From positions 344,394 to 408,393 of the forward strand of contig JAQGDQ010000196.1 in NCBI GenBank assembly GCA_030141605.1: a stretch of 64,000 nucleotides of DNA. Reading direction: 5' to 3'. This DNA comes from Tubiluchus corallicola (Eukaryota > Animalia > Priapulida). The notes beneath the pieces were generated by a model. That model ran no database searches. It worked only from the letters and a program-made list of their open reading frames with translations, and was not told where the DNA came from. Shown one piece after another: positions 41,811 to 55,919 of the stretch (the first letter of the stretch is position 1; each line of letters opens with the position of its first letter). The position numbers and the translations under genes are program-made.

Positions 41811-42995
41811 ATGATACCAAGGAAAGTTCATGTCAGAGATATTGATGCAGCATTACACACTGGTTTAAAAAATCAGCAATCAGTTGATAAAGTCAAGAGA
41901 AATGCAAAAAGGTGGTTGCATCCGAAGGTATACACCATCCAGGAAATAGAAAATAAAAGTACAGTGAAACCTGGCGATAACAACTACTATCGTGATTGTT
42001 CAGTAACAAGCAATGAGTTGTATTACAAATTGCACCCACTTTTGAATTCTGCAAGGATTTTCGGTCTCTTTCACCTTCCGAAACATCGGCCCGAAAATGC
42101 TTCTCTGCTTGCCTCTTTTTCTGGAGCCACCTGGTGGTCGCTCGTGACACTGCTGTGTGTTACAGCAATATGTGCAAAGTCATTGAAATCTGACACTGGC
42201 AAAGCTGACCTGACGACAGCCACCGGCATTGCACAGTCGTTTGTCTTGTTCTTGGAGGTAATTCTGGTTTTGGTTAGATGGTTCACATTTGTTGCCGGAT
42301 TCAAAATGGCGAATGTTTTCTCAGAATTTGAGAAACAACTTCCTCGTTATATCAATCACAGTAAAGTTACTAACATCAAATCACTTACACAAACTCTCAG
42401 AGAAAATCGGCTTTCATGGGGATTAACCTTGATGGGCTGGGCGGTGATTATAAGTACTTTTTTGTATGCAACAATAAACAAGGTTTTCGAGAACCTGAAT
42501 TCAACTATAACTCTACGTTTGGTATTTATAAATACGGTTTATGTTATCTATGACAAGTTTCAGTTGGCAACTGTCATTTTTGCTGCATACATCGTCGTCT
42601 CGTTGTGCAAAATATTAAATTCTAAATTTAGTTTTCAACACGATGGCCTACGATTGGATACTGACGAAAAGGTGAATAATTTCTTGGACAAGCAAAGAGG
42701 ATTCATTCTTCTAATTGAAGTTGTGGATGAGACAATATCACCAATGCTTTTGATGATTTGTCTCGGAAGTTTCATGGTGATCGTTGTTCAAATTTATCTT
42801 TACAGCCATAATTATCACTCCGGTATTCCACCAGGTTATTTACAGGAATTTGTCCACGTGTTTTCTACTCTACAAAGTTTCTCATTCCTACTGATTCTTA
42901 TCAGCTGTACAGCTCTGCACGAAAAAGTCATGCAAGTTGAAAGAATTTTACATTCTATAAAACGAAGTCAATTGGGAGAAATGGCCAGATATGAG
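41811..42995 (+). CDS. Gr/Grl chemoreceptor variable exon A (N-terminus, TM1-TM6); predicted splice to 50166
   Basis: L.PLL.SARIFGLF N-terminal motif and six hydrophobic segments. Ends ARYE|GTAAAT (phase 0); read-through hits a stop after 3 codons. Confidence 0.85.
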
Positions 42996-44128
42996 GTAAA
43001 TACATGAAATAATTCTCAGACCTGGCACTCTTCATATGCTATGTAGATTTTTTTTATTTCAGGAAATATAAAGAATAAAAGCAAGCATGTAGTGATGGAA
43101 AGTTAAACAGCTTCTAAGAAAATAAAACAAATTAGAACTGTTTGGAAATTTGCAGCAAGAGTTAGTTGTACAAGTGTACAAGCCACTAGAGCTCTAACAA
43201 TAAGAAAACAAAGGTAACACCTTGCCAAAACACACTCGATGGCTTGAAACACTTTATACGTGAGTGAAGTGCAACAGATAAAAGAAAAATATATATTTTA
43301 CATTAACTGTTGTTCAAAACAATTCATGTGCAGGTATTATTGCCTAAAAGGATGATGTTCTTCTATTCTTAGCCCTTAGCAGTTCCAGTGTTGGAAATTT
43401 TTTTCAAGTTTCTTTCCAGGTCTTTGCATCCGAAAACTGATTACACGTTCAAACTAATAATTAGTTGTCTTTAATTAAGTTACTGCACACTTGATAATTA
43501 ATAATAAAACCATTGCCTCCATACTCAACCAAGATCAGTCTCTGAATCATGTGAGATGCAATTTAAAAACTTTAAGATAGAGTTAATTGCTTACAACAGA
43601 TGTAGAGACGATTGCTGCTTTAATCTGGTACTTTAAGTTAAAAAAGTAAGCGTCTTATATCCAACGCTTATCACATCTTGTTGATTCCTAATATTCCAAT
43701 GCCACCTTCCTGGTGGGTCAATAACTAGATATAGTTGCTGTGCTGCAAATATTAGCAGTGTGACCTGCTAATTTTATTCTATCTGTGAATTATTCCATCC
43801 ATTACATCACTGAGGCACTTATTGCAGTATGCTATTATTTAACAATAAACGCCAACAATAAATGTGTGCAAGGCTGTTATGCATTTGTCTAGCAAATGGT
43901 AAATAGATTGAAATTAAAAGCATTTGTGTTTACACTACTTTGTTCTGCACAACATTAGCAAGCAACAGAAAAACCACCTTATTTATAGCAAAAACAATTC
44001 AGGACTTTTAGATCACGTTCAGAATTATTGCAATCGAGAAGTACTCCTCGTATGCTAGTTCAAGAAAAGGAAATAAATATTACTCAAAGTTAAACAAGAC
44101 AGGTGTTTTCGATTTTTCTACAAATGAT

Positions 44129-45241
44129 ATGAAGAAATCTAAAGACGTTTCAAAGCAAGTTGTGAGTACCATAAGTTGCATAGCTTGGAAATCATGTGAT
44201 GACGATCCTTCAATGCCCATCAACCGTGAAATGGAAGAAAAGAATTTCACAGAAATTTTGATGATGAATGATATGTATAAAAGCTTAAAACCTTTGCTGC
44301 AATCTGCCAAAGTTTTTGGATTATTTCACGTACCAAATCAATACCAGGAGAGTTTTCGCATGCTGTCATATTTTTCTAGAAGCACCACTTGGTCGTTCAT
44401 TGTTTTTCTTGGTGTAGTGTCAATTTGCATAAAGTCTTTGGTTGCAGATGTACAACATGCTAACCTTACTACAGCCAGTGGTATTGCACAATCATTCGTC
44501 TTACTGTTGGAAGTAATTCTCACACTTGTGAGATTTTTTGCATTCATTGTTGGGTTCAAGATGAGAAAGGTGTTCATCGAGTTTGACAAGATGGCATGCA
44601 AGAGGAAATCATATTTTGCTAAATCTGATTCAACTACAACCAAAATTTCTGTAACTTTTATATCCTATTTCCTGGCAGTAATTGGATGGGTTACAATGAT
44701 TGTGACATTTGTTTATGCAGCAATTCATAAAGTAAAAGTTCATATCGGCAACGACAATAATACTATGGGCAACATAATTATATCAGCAGCATATCTCATT
44801 TACGACAAATTTCAACTCGCAGTGGTAATATTTCCTGCCTATATCACTACTTGTCTGTGTATCACCTTGATACAAAAATTTAAAAATGCAAAACTTGGTG
44901 AAACCACAGACCAGAATCTTCACGTCTTCTTAGAAAAGCAAACCAAATTCATTCATTTAATCAAAGTTATTGATGAGACAATGTCACCAATGCTTTTGAT
45001 GATTTGTTTCGGAAGCTTCATAGTGGTCGTTGTTCAAATTTATCTTTACAGCCATAATTATCACTGTGACATTCCACCAGGTTATCTACAGGAATTTGTC
45101 CACGTGTTTTCTACTCTGCAAAGTTTTTCATTCCTACTGATTCTTATCAGCTGCACAGCACTTCACGAAAAAGTCATGCAAGCTGAAAAAATTTTACATT
45201 CTATAAAGCGAAGTCAATTGGGAGAAATGGCCAGATATGAG
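44129..45241 (+). CDS. Gr/Grl chemoreceptor variable exon B (TM1-TM6); predicted splice to 50166
   Basis: Paralog of exon A (YKSLKPLLQSAKVFGLFH). Ends ARYE|GTAATT, phase 0. Confidence 0.85.
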
Positions 45242-46897
45242 GTAATTACATTAAATAGTATCTTATGCTTATAAGGGACAGTTGTAGATGACGGAATGCT
45301 CAAAAAATCAAATCTCAAGTTCTGTTTTTGCTTGCTAATGGCATTCTAACAAAATATTATAAAGCACCTTTGCAAATACAGTTGCAATTATAAGACCATA
45401 ATAAAATAATTAACTGATCAAATGAATTAATAATTTACGTGTGAATGTTAAAATGTTACAAACTACAACAAAATTGCAAATGCAATGTTGCAAAGGCTAT
45501 AAAGGCTACAAAGGTAGTTTTACAGTCTATTGTTCTGCTGGATTCTGCATATAAACAGATTGAATCACTTGAGCATGTATGTATAGGCTAACAAATTTAA
45601 ATGTAAGCTTCATCCAAGGCTTGAAGGCCTGAAAGGTGGCTGCACATGACAGTATATCAGTTTATCCCCAACAATTATAGTTCTTTGTATTTTAGCCAGT
45701 GCAGTTCATTACACAAGTTGGGGTAATCCAGGTATGAAACTGTCTACACCATTGAGACTTTGCCAGTGGTGTAAATCGTGCCATCAGCTGCAAGTGAAAA
45801 CAGAGGCAATAAGCACATTTACCCGTGACATCACGTAGTGTCACCTTTAAACGCACAAGATTCTTGTACAGATTTTGTAACTTAAAATTAACATTTATTA
45901 TCACGTAAAGTAAAATTTTGCATTTTAGCACACTATATTTCTTTTATAAATTACTCCTAGAGTCACGTCTGAGGACTTCACGTATTTGAAATTGAAAAAT
46001 TACAAAATCGTGTTTATCTTATTTGCAGTTAACTGTGCAAGGTCTGTGAAGACCTTTTTATTGCTAATTTGAAAGAATATGCTTTCGCTCATTGAATCAT
46101 AAATGTTGACAATGCGTTTGTTTGCCGCTCCTCATATTTTTGCTATGGACGTCTCCGAATGCCTAATGTTTGCTTATAAACTCTGCTTTTAACAGAGGCT
46201 TGTTATCTCACTAGTTTTTACCAAAAATTGTTTCCTGTCAACTACAGTTTTACTTGCTTCAAGAAGGTCGACCTATCACTACCAAGTTATTAATAAAAAA
46301 AATTTCTCGCCCTGTTTTTAAACCTGTTTTTTACTGTGGGAATGCCTCAGCATATTACCATAATTCAACGCTGTCAGTTCTTTAGAACTTCTGTCTTTCA
46401 GATTTTATGACATTTCTGACTTAAAAAATGACGAAGAACATGGACATTCAATCGCACACACACATTGTGCATTGCGCCAAAAAAAATTAAAGGGGCAAAT
46501 GCTTTTTTTAATGATTTATTGGCTCTTTGTGTTGCCAACTGATCTATGTTCATCCAGCAGAGGATTAGTGTTGCCTAGTTCAGCTTTAACTCATCCACCA
46601 TAGAAGCCGAGAATAATCGATTAATACGTTCACAAGACTTTGAGTTTTTTCTTAGTTATAGTTTTAGCTGGTAATGAAATACTATTTTTTGAGACATGTC
46701 GAGGACAATCGTGTGAAAGTAACTTCTACAAAGCTCACAACTATTTAAGTATAGTCTTTTTTAATCTGAGTTCAGGGACTATTAGCGATCACCCTGACGA
46801 TTATAAAATTAGTCATGGTAATATGAACACATAATTAATTAGTTAATTAAATTTCGATACCAAACTTGCAAGACAGGCGTGTAAAATATTAGAAATA

Positions 46898-46966
46898 CTG
46901 TCTGTATTTGAACCACTGCCCTTCTGCTTACAAGGCAGATGCTTCAGATCAATAAGCTACTTTATT
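46898..46966 (-). mobile_element. tRNA-derived SINE head or tRNA-Thr(TGT)-like pseudogene
   Basis: Minus strand gtagcttattgatctgaagca-TCTGC-cttgtaa-GCAGA-agggcagtGGTTCAAAT has an intact anticodon arm and B-box but a degraded D-arm and acceptor stem. Confidence 0.5.
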
Positions 46967-47540
46967 ACTCAGCGAAAAGTTTTAACATTTCCTGTCTATA
47001 AACTTTGGTATCAAAATTTAGTTATATGTGTTTTTGTAATATCTTTCATAACAATCTTGACATTACGATTATAATAATTAAAAGTGGTCTTGTTTACTCA
47101 AAACAAAGGCACAGTTAATAAACTTGGTACAACCAAAACAGGTTTAACTGCGAAGGTATAATAGTAGAAAGTACAATTTTAGTGTTTTTCATTCATGCAA
47201 TAATAATTTCTAAAATGAATGCCTTTTTATAATGAATGCTCATTATATAAGTCAGTTTCTTTTTTGACTTCGATCATGGTGTATAGCGTAGGAATTCTAA
47301 AGGAGAGAAGAAATCGCTGCAATTATGGGCAAACTGACTATTTACCCAATTATAAATGTATCAAAAGAAAATGTTCTCCAATGTTTCTTTGTTTGGCATG
47401 CAGCACTCAACCACATTTCCTTTGGCTATTGTGATCTGTTAATGCATCAGCTTGAGGCTTCTACGAAGGAACCTAGGTCACCAGAGTGCTTCAAACACTT
47501 ATACTTGAACGAAGTGATGTTTTTGTTAAATTGTTTCATA

Positions 47541-48677
47541 ATGGGCACCAGAATACCTTCTGCTCCAACAAATACTTTTAAGAACTCAGTAATAAAAAGT
47601 CCAACGAAATGGACACCAATTCAGACAATGGTTGGTGATGGAAAGCTTGCAAATAACGTGATTTCAGAGTCTGGCGACTTCATATTGTTGGACACAGTGA
47701 GTTTTTATAAAAGCTTGCATCCACTTCTAACGTTAGCTAAAGTATTTGGCCTATTTCACATTCCAAGTAGAAAAAACACGCAAAGGAGATTCCAAGCTCT
47801 TCTATGTGGCAGTACGACGTGGTCATTAGCAATGGCTGTTGGAGTCACAATAGTGTGTACCTACGACTTAATTACGGACTTGAGAGCTGCAGACTTGATT
47901 ACTCCAGCTGGTATAGCACAATCATTTGTACTTTTTCTCGAGGTTGTGAATACTATCATTAGATGGTTTGCTTTTGTTTCAGCTTTTAAAGTGACCAAGT
48001 TGTTTTCCAAGTTTGAGTGTACTACAGAAAACAGTGCCGAACGGACAAAACTACTTAGGCTCAAATTGTTTAAACGAGAGCTAAAAGACAGCACTGTCAG
48101 CTGGACATTAGCCTTTGTAGGATGGATTGCGATGAGCTGCACATTTTTAAACGCTTTAGTAGAGAAAGTGAAATATATCTACGAAGATACATCCATTAGG
48201 AGTTGCGTTTTAAATATCGTATTTTTATTCTACGATAAATTACAACTTTCCACGATCATGTTTCCAGCCTTTATTATAGTTGGTGTTTGTTGCACTCTGC
48301 TCTCCTACTTTGAAACTCAAAAGGAACCCCCGAAAGTCAATACCGATAAAAATGTGTTAAGTTATCTGAAGGGACAGTCAGCAATTATAGAAGTTATTGA
48401 AGTCATCGATGCAGCTATATCACCCTCGCTTTTCATGATTTGTTTCGTGAGTTTCATGGTAACTGGATTGCAAGTATATCTCTACAGTCACAACTATCAC
48501 TTTGGTGTACCAAAAGGTTTTATGCAAGAGTTTATATTCGTCTATTCTACTCTGCAAACTGTCTCGTTCTTATTAATTCTGATCGGCTGCACAGCTGTGC
48601 ATGAAAAGATTTTGCAAGCGGAAAGAGCGTTACGCAAAGTTGAACTTTATCAACTGGGTGACGTGGCACGCTATGAG
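47541..48677 (+). CDS. Gr/Grl chemoreceptor variable exon C (TM1-TM6); start uncertain (ORF open from ATG 47325)
   Basis: Paralog of A/B (YKSLHPLLTLAKVFGLFH). Ends ARYE|GTATAA, phase 0. ATG 47541 gives an N-terminus comparable in length to the paralogs. Confidence 0.85.
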
Positions 48678-48747
48678 GTATAATATTGGGCCTATACCAA
48701 ATTAATTCTTTTTTTAAGGCATGTCGCCTCTGAAGTGAGGAAAATTA

Positions 48748-49056
<309 letters not shown>

Positions 49057-50165
49057 AATTCTTTATTGCTATAAAATTTAGTAGTTTACTACCCATTCAA
49101 AAATTGACAGCATAACCAGTGTTTCCACTGCTGTGAGTATTAGTGTCAGGATAAAATAAAATTATGAGTAAAAACATGAGTGAAGCTATGATCATTACAT
49201 CGATTGCACAAAAGTCTACATTCATTTGACACGGTTCAGCGAGTACTTAACACAATTTACAATATTTGCAAGTAATAGTTTTGTCTAAGATATTAAAATT
49301 GTGTAAATATGAAATTGCATGAGTGGTTTTGATTTTTTTTGAGTTGGTGACACTACAAGTTGAATGTTGATAATAATAAAAAGGTGTGATTTGATATTTT
49401 GTATTAGGTCTTTTTGATGGCTAGCATGTTTTTAGTTCATTTTTGAATCCTTTTAGCGTCACTGCAGATTTTACATTAAATAGCTGAATACTCTTGCTTT
49501 TGTGTTAGTAACGGAAACAACACAGTAAAATTAAATAAAGCAAAAATAAAACAAAGCAAGAATAAAGCTCAGCGAAACAAAGCATAGACATAAAATATTA
49601 CAGCTTCTGAAACACACTGAGACTTGTAAAATCTGCATGTTACGATCAAAATAGAGTTTTGAAAATAATTTGTGTTGCCACTACTCAATGTTTAACGCCT
49701 TCATGCCGATTTTTATTTAGAATAATAGGTAAACAAGCAGAATGAAGCGAAGTATAAAATACACGACAATGTTTAGAGCGGCAAAATAATGTAAAATGGT
49801 CAGAAAAAAGAAAAAAATGCGACATGAAACAATAGTTATAACGAGGCAGCAGTACAATAATCATTATCGTTTATTAATATTATGACGACCAAATACTTAG
49901 CGCCAGTTTATCGATGAACATCACGTTTGTCAAACTGCTTGCCTTTGAATATTAATAAAATTAGGATGCAAATGCAGCTAAGAATTCAAGTTTATTGCAG
50001 CAAAATGTTTATGTTCACGGGTAAAGTCATTGGGTGAACGTAATTATCCGATGAGATTGAAAATGACGATGATGGTGGTGATAATGATTGTGATTGTTAC
50101 TCTGGTAATGACGAAAATGATAGTGATGGTGATAAATGAGAGCCATAATTGAATTGCTTTTGCAG

Positions 50166-50255
50166 GTACTTATTCATCTCCAACAACTATCATCAAGATC
50201 TATTGGCCTCACAATCTGGAAATTCTACGTCATCAATCGAAACTTTGCTTTTATC
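50166..50255 (+). CDS. Gr/Grl constant exon 1 (90 nt, phase 0/0): VLIHLQQLSSRSIGLTIWKFYVINRNFAFI
   Basis: Acceptor ttgcttttgcag|, donor |gtgagt. The peptide matches the Gr IL3/TM7a pattern (..F..QL.....LT...F..I.R). Confidence 0.88.
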
Positions 50256-50371
50256 GTGAGTTCAGTTTGTTGCTATTTTGGAAATATAGCTTCGCCCAGT
50301 TTAATTTTTAAAGTGGAGATTAGATTTTTGATCTTTTCACTGATGAACTCAATAAACAGTTTTGTAACGTG

Positions 50372-50460
50372 AGGCGAGTTGAGTAGCGGAGTGGTCATGG
50401 CATGCGTTTGTCAGTGAATGGCTCGTAAGTGCCCGGGTTTGATGCTCCCTGAGGGAAATT
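50372..50460 (+). mobile_element. Degenerate tRNA-derived SINE head
   Basis: A-box-like tagcggagtggt and B-box-like gggtttgatgc at tRNA-like spacing; no cloverleaf. Confidence 0.3.
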
Positions 50461-50883
50461 TCATTCGCCATGCTAATTTCTTGTTGCGCATATTATACCC
50501 ATCTTCCGTACATATACATATATATGAATGTGATTAAAACAGCTCTACCAGCTCAGTGGTTCATCTTAATGGCTATTCATGATAACGAGTTTGGCATTGA
50601 TCTCCCCAAAAAACAGTGGACCTATTATTAAGAGCTGGATTTTGGGTTGCAATACATTTGCAATGTATTTTATAAAGATTAAAAATAAAAACGTGCTTTA
50701 CCTAAAGCACCTTCATCACAAAACAAATTCATATTTTGCTTTGAGTTCTTGTTGTCAAATAAACTCTTGAATAAAAGTTACCAAGCTAGTTTGTTACTAT
50801 TGCATGATAAATTTATAACTGTTATAACGTTTATAACTGTTGTTGAGTTGCTTAGTTTAACAATAAATGTTGTTGTTTTGCAG

Positions 50884-51045
50884 ATTGTCAGTGGTATCTG
50901 CACGTTTTTCATCGTGATAGTACAATTTCATCAGACAATTATTGGAAAGCAACAGACAAACGTGACACTCCTTATGGACGCCTTTGCCAATGAAGCTTGT
51001 CATATCTGCAGACGATTTCTCAACAACCTTAGTGATCCTGATTAG
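50884..51045 (+). CDS. Gr/Grl constant terminal exon: TM7b (IVSGICTFFIVIVQF) plus 38-aa tail
   Basis: Acceptor gttgttgttttgcag|, phase 0. TFFIVIVQF matches the Gr-family signature TYhhhhhQF. Stop TAG at 51043-51045. Confidence 0.88.
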   Translation: MVSGICTFFIVIVQFHQTIIGKQQTNVTLLMDAFANEACHICRRFLNNLSDPD

Positions 51046-52800
51046 AAGCTTCGAGCTTGTCAACTTGCTGCTATAGCTTGACAAAACGCATCTAACTATG
51101 GTGCAAATTCTGCAAATTAAACAATATATGTCACTTTAATATTAACCGAGCAACAAAACGAAGAAAAATGAGATTTTTCTAAGCCCAGGGACAGATTGTA
51201 TATTTTTATCCACTCATATAAGAATGTGTAGGTTTTTTACCTACTCATTTTGCTAATTTGAAATTTGAACCTAATATTCAGACGCATAAGCTTTAGCCAA
51301 ACAAAGACAGCAGAGTTTTATGTTGTGTGTTGTTTTTTATATAAAAATTTATTTCTTTTTTTGAATAATTCAGAAGGACCGAATTTTAGGGTTAAATTAA
51401 AATATCAGTAGGTGGACTACTCTTACCCTGACTGGTATCAAATTGGTATATGGCTAGTGTTTTAAGTAAACTGCATTCTTATTTTTTTTTTATAAAATTC
51501 CATGCATTGCAAGCCAAAATCCAACTTTTAAAAGCAGGTTCATTGTTTTTATGGCGAGAATCACAGCTCAATTCATTACCTGTACTTTTGATAACATTTA
51601 AATTACACTTAATCAAACTACGGTTCTCTTGTTTAAGAATAATCTGAGGATGCGTTCGAAAGCTTTTACATGGAAATTGAGAAACAAGAAGCGAGTTGCT
51701 GTTTTAACTTGCCTATATTCTTGCCTCTACTGAATTGTTATTACCACTTTAGAACTTTAAAAATTTATAGTTTTCAGAATGTTTAGTGTATGTAAAATGA
51801 ATGTATGTATGTATGAATTATTTACGTAAGCCTTCCTTTTACTTATTTGAACTGAATCGAAACTAAAATTTGTAGTGATTTAAAACTTCTTGATTTGATA
51901 GCAAATATCGTATTATGACTATTAGCAGAACGCAGTAGAAATAGCTCGTTTCTATCAGCTCCGGTATCTAAAGTCAAATTAACAATGTTCATATTGTTAG
52001 TGCTACTAATCTTTATTAACACTTATGTTTATTATAATTACATATTTCTTTAGAGAACACGTCTTTGTGCGTTGTGATGTGCACATAACAAATAAAAGTC
52101 CGTTTCTGTATTTGTGGCAGTAGCTGCATTATTGTATTTTGAGTGTGCAGTGGCGATAATGGCATCTCTGTCGAGCAATGCCGAAACGTGCCGATTTATG
52201 ACTAATCAAGTGAATAAGTCTTTAAAATTACGTCTTCATTGGCTTTTAAGCTAACATTAAGCTTTCCAAATCTAAATCACCCATTATTAGAGTCCCTGTA
52301 TATTTAAATATATAGTTGTAAATATATAGTAATTCTATCCATTATTACAGTATGCTGCTATCTTCTGGTGGGAAAAACGCAAAAACAAGACAGGCTAGGG
52401 GATGAAAATAACAGATGACAGAATGAGAATGGCCATTTCGTTTTTGTTGTAAACCGTGACATTTACAAGATTGACATGCTCAAACAAATATGATCACGCA
52501 TAGGCAAATCACATTTATTACATTAAAACGTGCCTGTAATTGTTTGCGATGAATAAACGGTAGCTCGCGTGGATGTCATTGACAATTTAGCTTAATGTTG
52601 GTGTTGGAAATACTTGATTGCTCCTTCTTTCTGGCTAAAGCTGTGAGTTAAACTAAACGTTGTGTCTTCTAATTAATACCGCAGGAACTCATACGACTTA
52701 GACAACTTCATTTGTAGCTACCGAAAAAGTTATCTAGACGTGTTTAGTCATCTTGCTTCGCTAGAAGTGACCTGTTGGTGACACAGTTTTTAAATCCAAA

Positions 52801-53901
52801 ATGAAAGCACATCATAACACATGGACCATCGGACTGACTGGTTCACTTAAAGTCACGAAGGAGCACGTTAAAACACTATCTCCTAGAAAACTCAATACAG
52901 GTTCCCATAATGATTCCAACTGCCAATTTTACCAGAAATTACGTCCACTATTGATTTTTGCCACAATTTTTGGCTTGTTTCACATGCCTAACAGAAAGAC
53001 GCAGAAACGGTTTGGGTTGGTGGTATTGTCCTACAGTACCATGTGGTCTTTGACTATTCAGATTTTCGTCACAGTTCCAACTATATGGTCCCTTATGCGT
53101 GATACCAGTAAAATTGATCTCACAGCAGCAGAAGGAATTGCCCGGTTATTTGTCATGTTTATGGAAGTAACACTCACATGTATAAGATGGTTGGTATTCT
53201 TTGCTGGATTTAAACTGGTAGATGTCTTAGCAGAATGCAGAGAAGTCAGCAAAATTCAATATCCAAATATGCTGGTTACAGTCATCTCTGGGAAACAGAA
53301 GTACTTGGAGAAAGGAATATCATGGATATTTGCCACGTTAGGAGGGATCATAATTGTCTTTTCGATTATTACAGAATCTCACACTTTGTGGAAGCGGTTT
53401 AAAAGCGGAGAAGAAGAAATTTCATTTCTGCCGATTCTGATTATGTATTTGGTTTCTGACAAGCTGCTGTTGGCAACTGTGATGTTTCCTGCTTATATTA
53501 TAACTTGCTTTTCCTACGTGCTAATATCCCATCAAAGATCATTTCAGAAAACAGAAGAAAATCTTTCAGCTGAAGAAGTCATGTTGTTTTTGAAAAGACA
53601 TTCAAAGTACATTCGCGTTGTCAAGGTCATAGACAACGCTATATCTTCTACACTGCTGATGATCTGTCTGGCAAGTTTTATGGTAGTTGTAGTACAAATT
53701 TATCTTTTCAGTCACAATTTCTATGCTAACATTTCCCACGGATATCTGCAACAATATTTGTATGTCTACTCTACCATGCAGTCTGTGTCATTTCTGCTGA
53801 TTCTTGTTAGCTGTACAGCAGTACATGAAAGCGTTATGGAGGCTGAAAATAAGTTACATGCGTTGAACAAAGAGAGCCTGGGGGAGACAGCACGTTATGA
53901 G
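52801..53901 (+). CDS. Gr/Grl variable exon D (second cassette; constant exons not in window)
   Basis: YQKLRPLLIFATIFGLFH and six TM segments. Ends ARYE|GTAAAT, phase 0. Confidence 0.83.
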
Positions 53902-55919
53902 GTAAATTTATTGTATTGCATTTGTCTATCAGCAATATTTCACTAATTTCTGTTTTAAATCACTCATGTTTTGTGTGTAGGTTTGTATGTATTTATATAT
54001 TCTCTCCATTATCTATCGTAGTTTTTCGTACTTAGTATTTCTTTGTGTTGTCTTACAAAGAGATGATCTTGCTTACATGATTGCCTCCTGTTCTGAAAGT
54101 AGGGTGGGAGTTTAGCAGCCAAAACCTGAAATTGCTCAAAATATGGATTCCTCCATGGTGACCTTATTTTTGTGTTGGTTTTAGTATTGTTTTTTGTTGA
54201 ATTCTTTTATTCAGATAATAATGCAACACAGCTATCTTGTTGACTTTCATCATTTACACGAAATTTGATGATTATAATCAATTCCAAGCGATAAAGCGGC
54301 TAATGTGGAATTGTACTGTCTAGACATCCTATACCGCAGATCTTCTATTAATTAAATCAAAGCTGATTAAGATTAAATTATTTTTCATTATTGGTCTGCA
54401 GGGTGTAATTAGATTTCACGAAATCTGATCTTGATAAAATCTTTCCGAAATTTTAGTAACTCAGTAAACCGACTCACGTTCTAACTCCTTATTTTAACAG
54501 CTGCAAGAAAACAACAGAAAATAAACACTAGAGGCATTTACCTTTACCAACCCAACTATGAGAAAAATCGCGAATTTCGGATAGTATCTGCTACATAGGC
54601 CCCTGGGTCTATTTGCTCTTAAACCCAAAACATTGAGATCGAATGTTGTACAAGCCAACCGAGGCTATACAACCATAAGTCGTGCTTTAATATGGTGTGC
54701 GGTAAAACCGCACAAGTAAAAATGACACAAGAAAAAAACATGGTAAAAGTGGCACAGGAAAAATGGCACAAATGGAAATCGCACAATTGAAAATGGCATA
54801 TATGTTATTTTGATGCAATTAATTTCTATAAAAAAAACTAGAATGCGCCCAGTAGGAAGCAAATCTCTGCCAAAGGCGAACAATCCTAAACTTATTCGTC
54901 TGATTCCTTTGATTAAAAAAATTTACCCCAAAGATAAACCAAGCAAACATACAAAAATACACCTGTATTGGTATTATATAGACTAGACTCACAAAATATT
55001 TGTTCATTAAACAGATTTATAATCAATAATGCACGAATGTCCCACATACAATTTGAACTAGCCTTCTACACGTATTTTTTCTTCCTTATTGTTTCTTTTT
55101 ATGCATTTTGAATCATGTATTGGTAGTATTGCTGCTGGCACTGCTACCTCTTGTGCTCCAAAAATGTTATAGTCCCAAGTTATTTTTAGTATGCTTTATG
55201 ACTGCCATATAATAATCGTTTTGTTACTTTGTTGTAACACGACAATTAGACTAATACTTTGAGTGACAGATATGAAATTAAATGTGTTGTAGCACAAAGG
55301 GTCAGCAAACAAGAACGTTATCAGCAAATTGGCAAATAACCCGATAGCATGCAGGACAACTTATTGTAACTACAAAGGACAATTATGCTGTGGTGTCTGT
55401 TTGTAGCAGTTGTTTTGAATTGCGATTGTGTTTTGCAACAATATACGATGATGTAAAATAGCCTGTCTCATCAAAAACGCGATAAAGCATTTCTAAAACT
55501 CAATGTAATGAAACAAGAAGTCAAGTTATAATTATTTTGTGCGGACTTCAAGGTTTCCATTGTGATTTGGCCAGTTTAAAAGAAACACCTACCTAATCAG
55601 TCAGAGACGATCATTGGCAAAATTTAGCAATTATTAAAAAGCTTGCTTGCCACTGTCCAGCTTAAGTAAGTTTATGTGTTGACTGTCCTACATTATGTGG
55701 TTCTGTGACACTTGACATTTCTGTTGTTCCATTTAACAAATTGAGCCATAAAAACTGCAGTCTTTTAATCCCGGTCATATTACCAACACCAATTGTATAA
55801 GTACCAAATTTATTGGCAAATAAGCCAATTAAGGAAGCACATAGATTTCTAATATGAACGTGTCTTACTAGTAGCCAAATATAGATCAAGCTCCATTTTG
55901 TCGTCTGAAGATAAGTAAA

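Noticed and set aside
46898-46966. Functional tRNA-Thr gene
   Set aside because: The acceptor stem and D-arm do not pair convincingly; treated as a SINE head or pseudogene.
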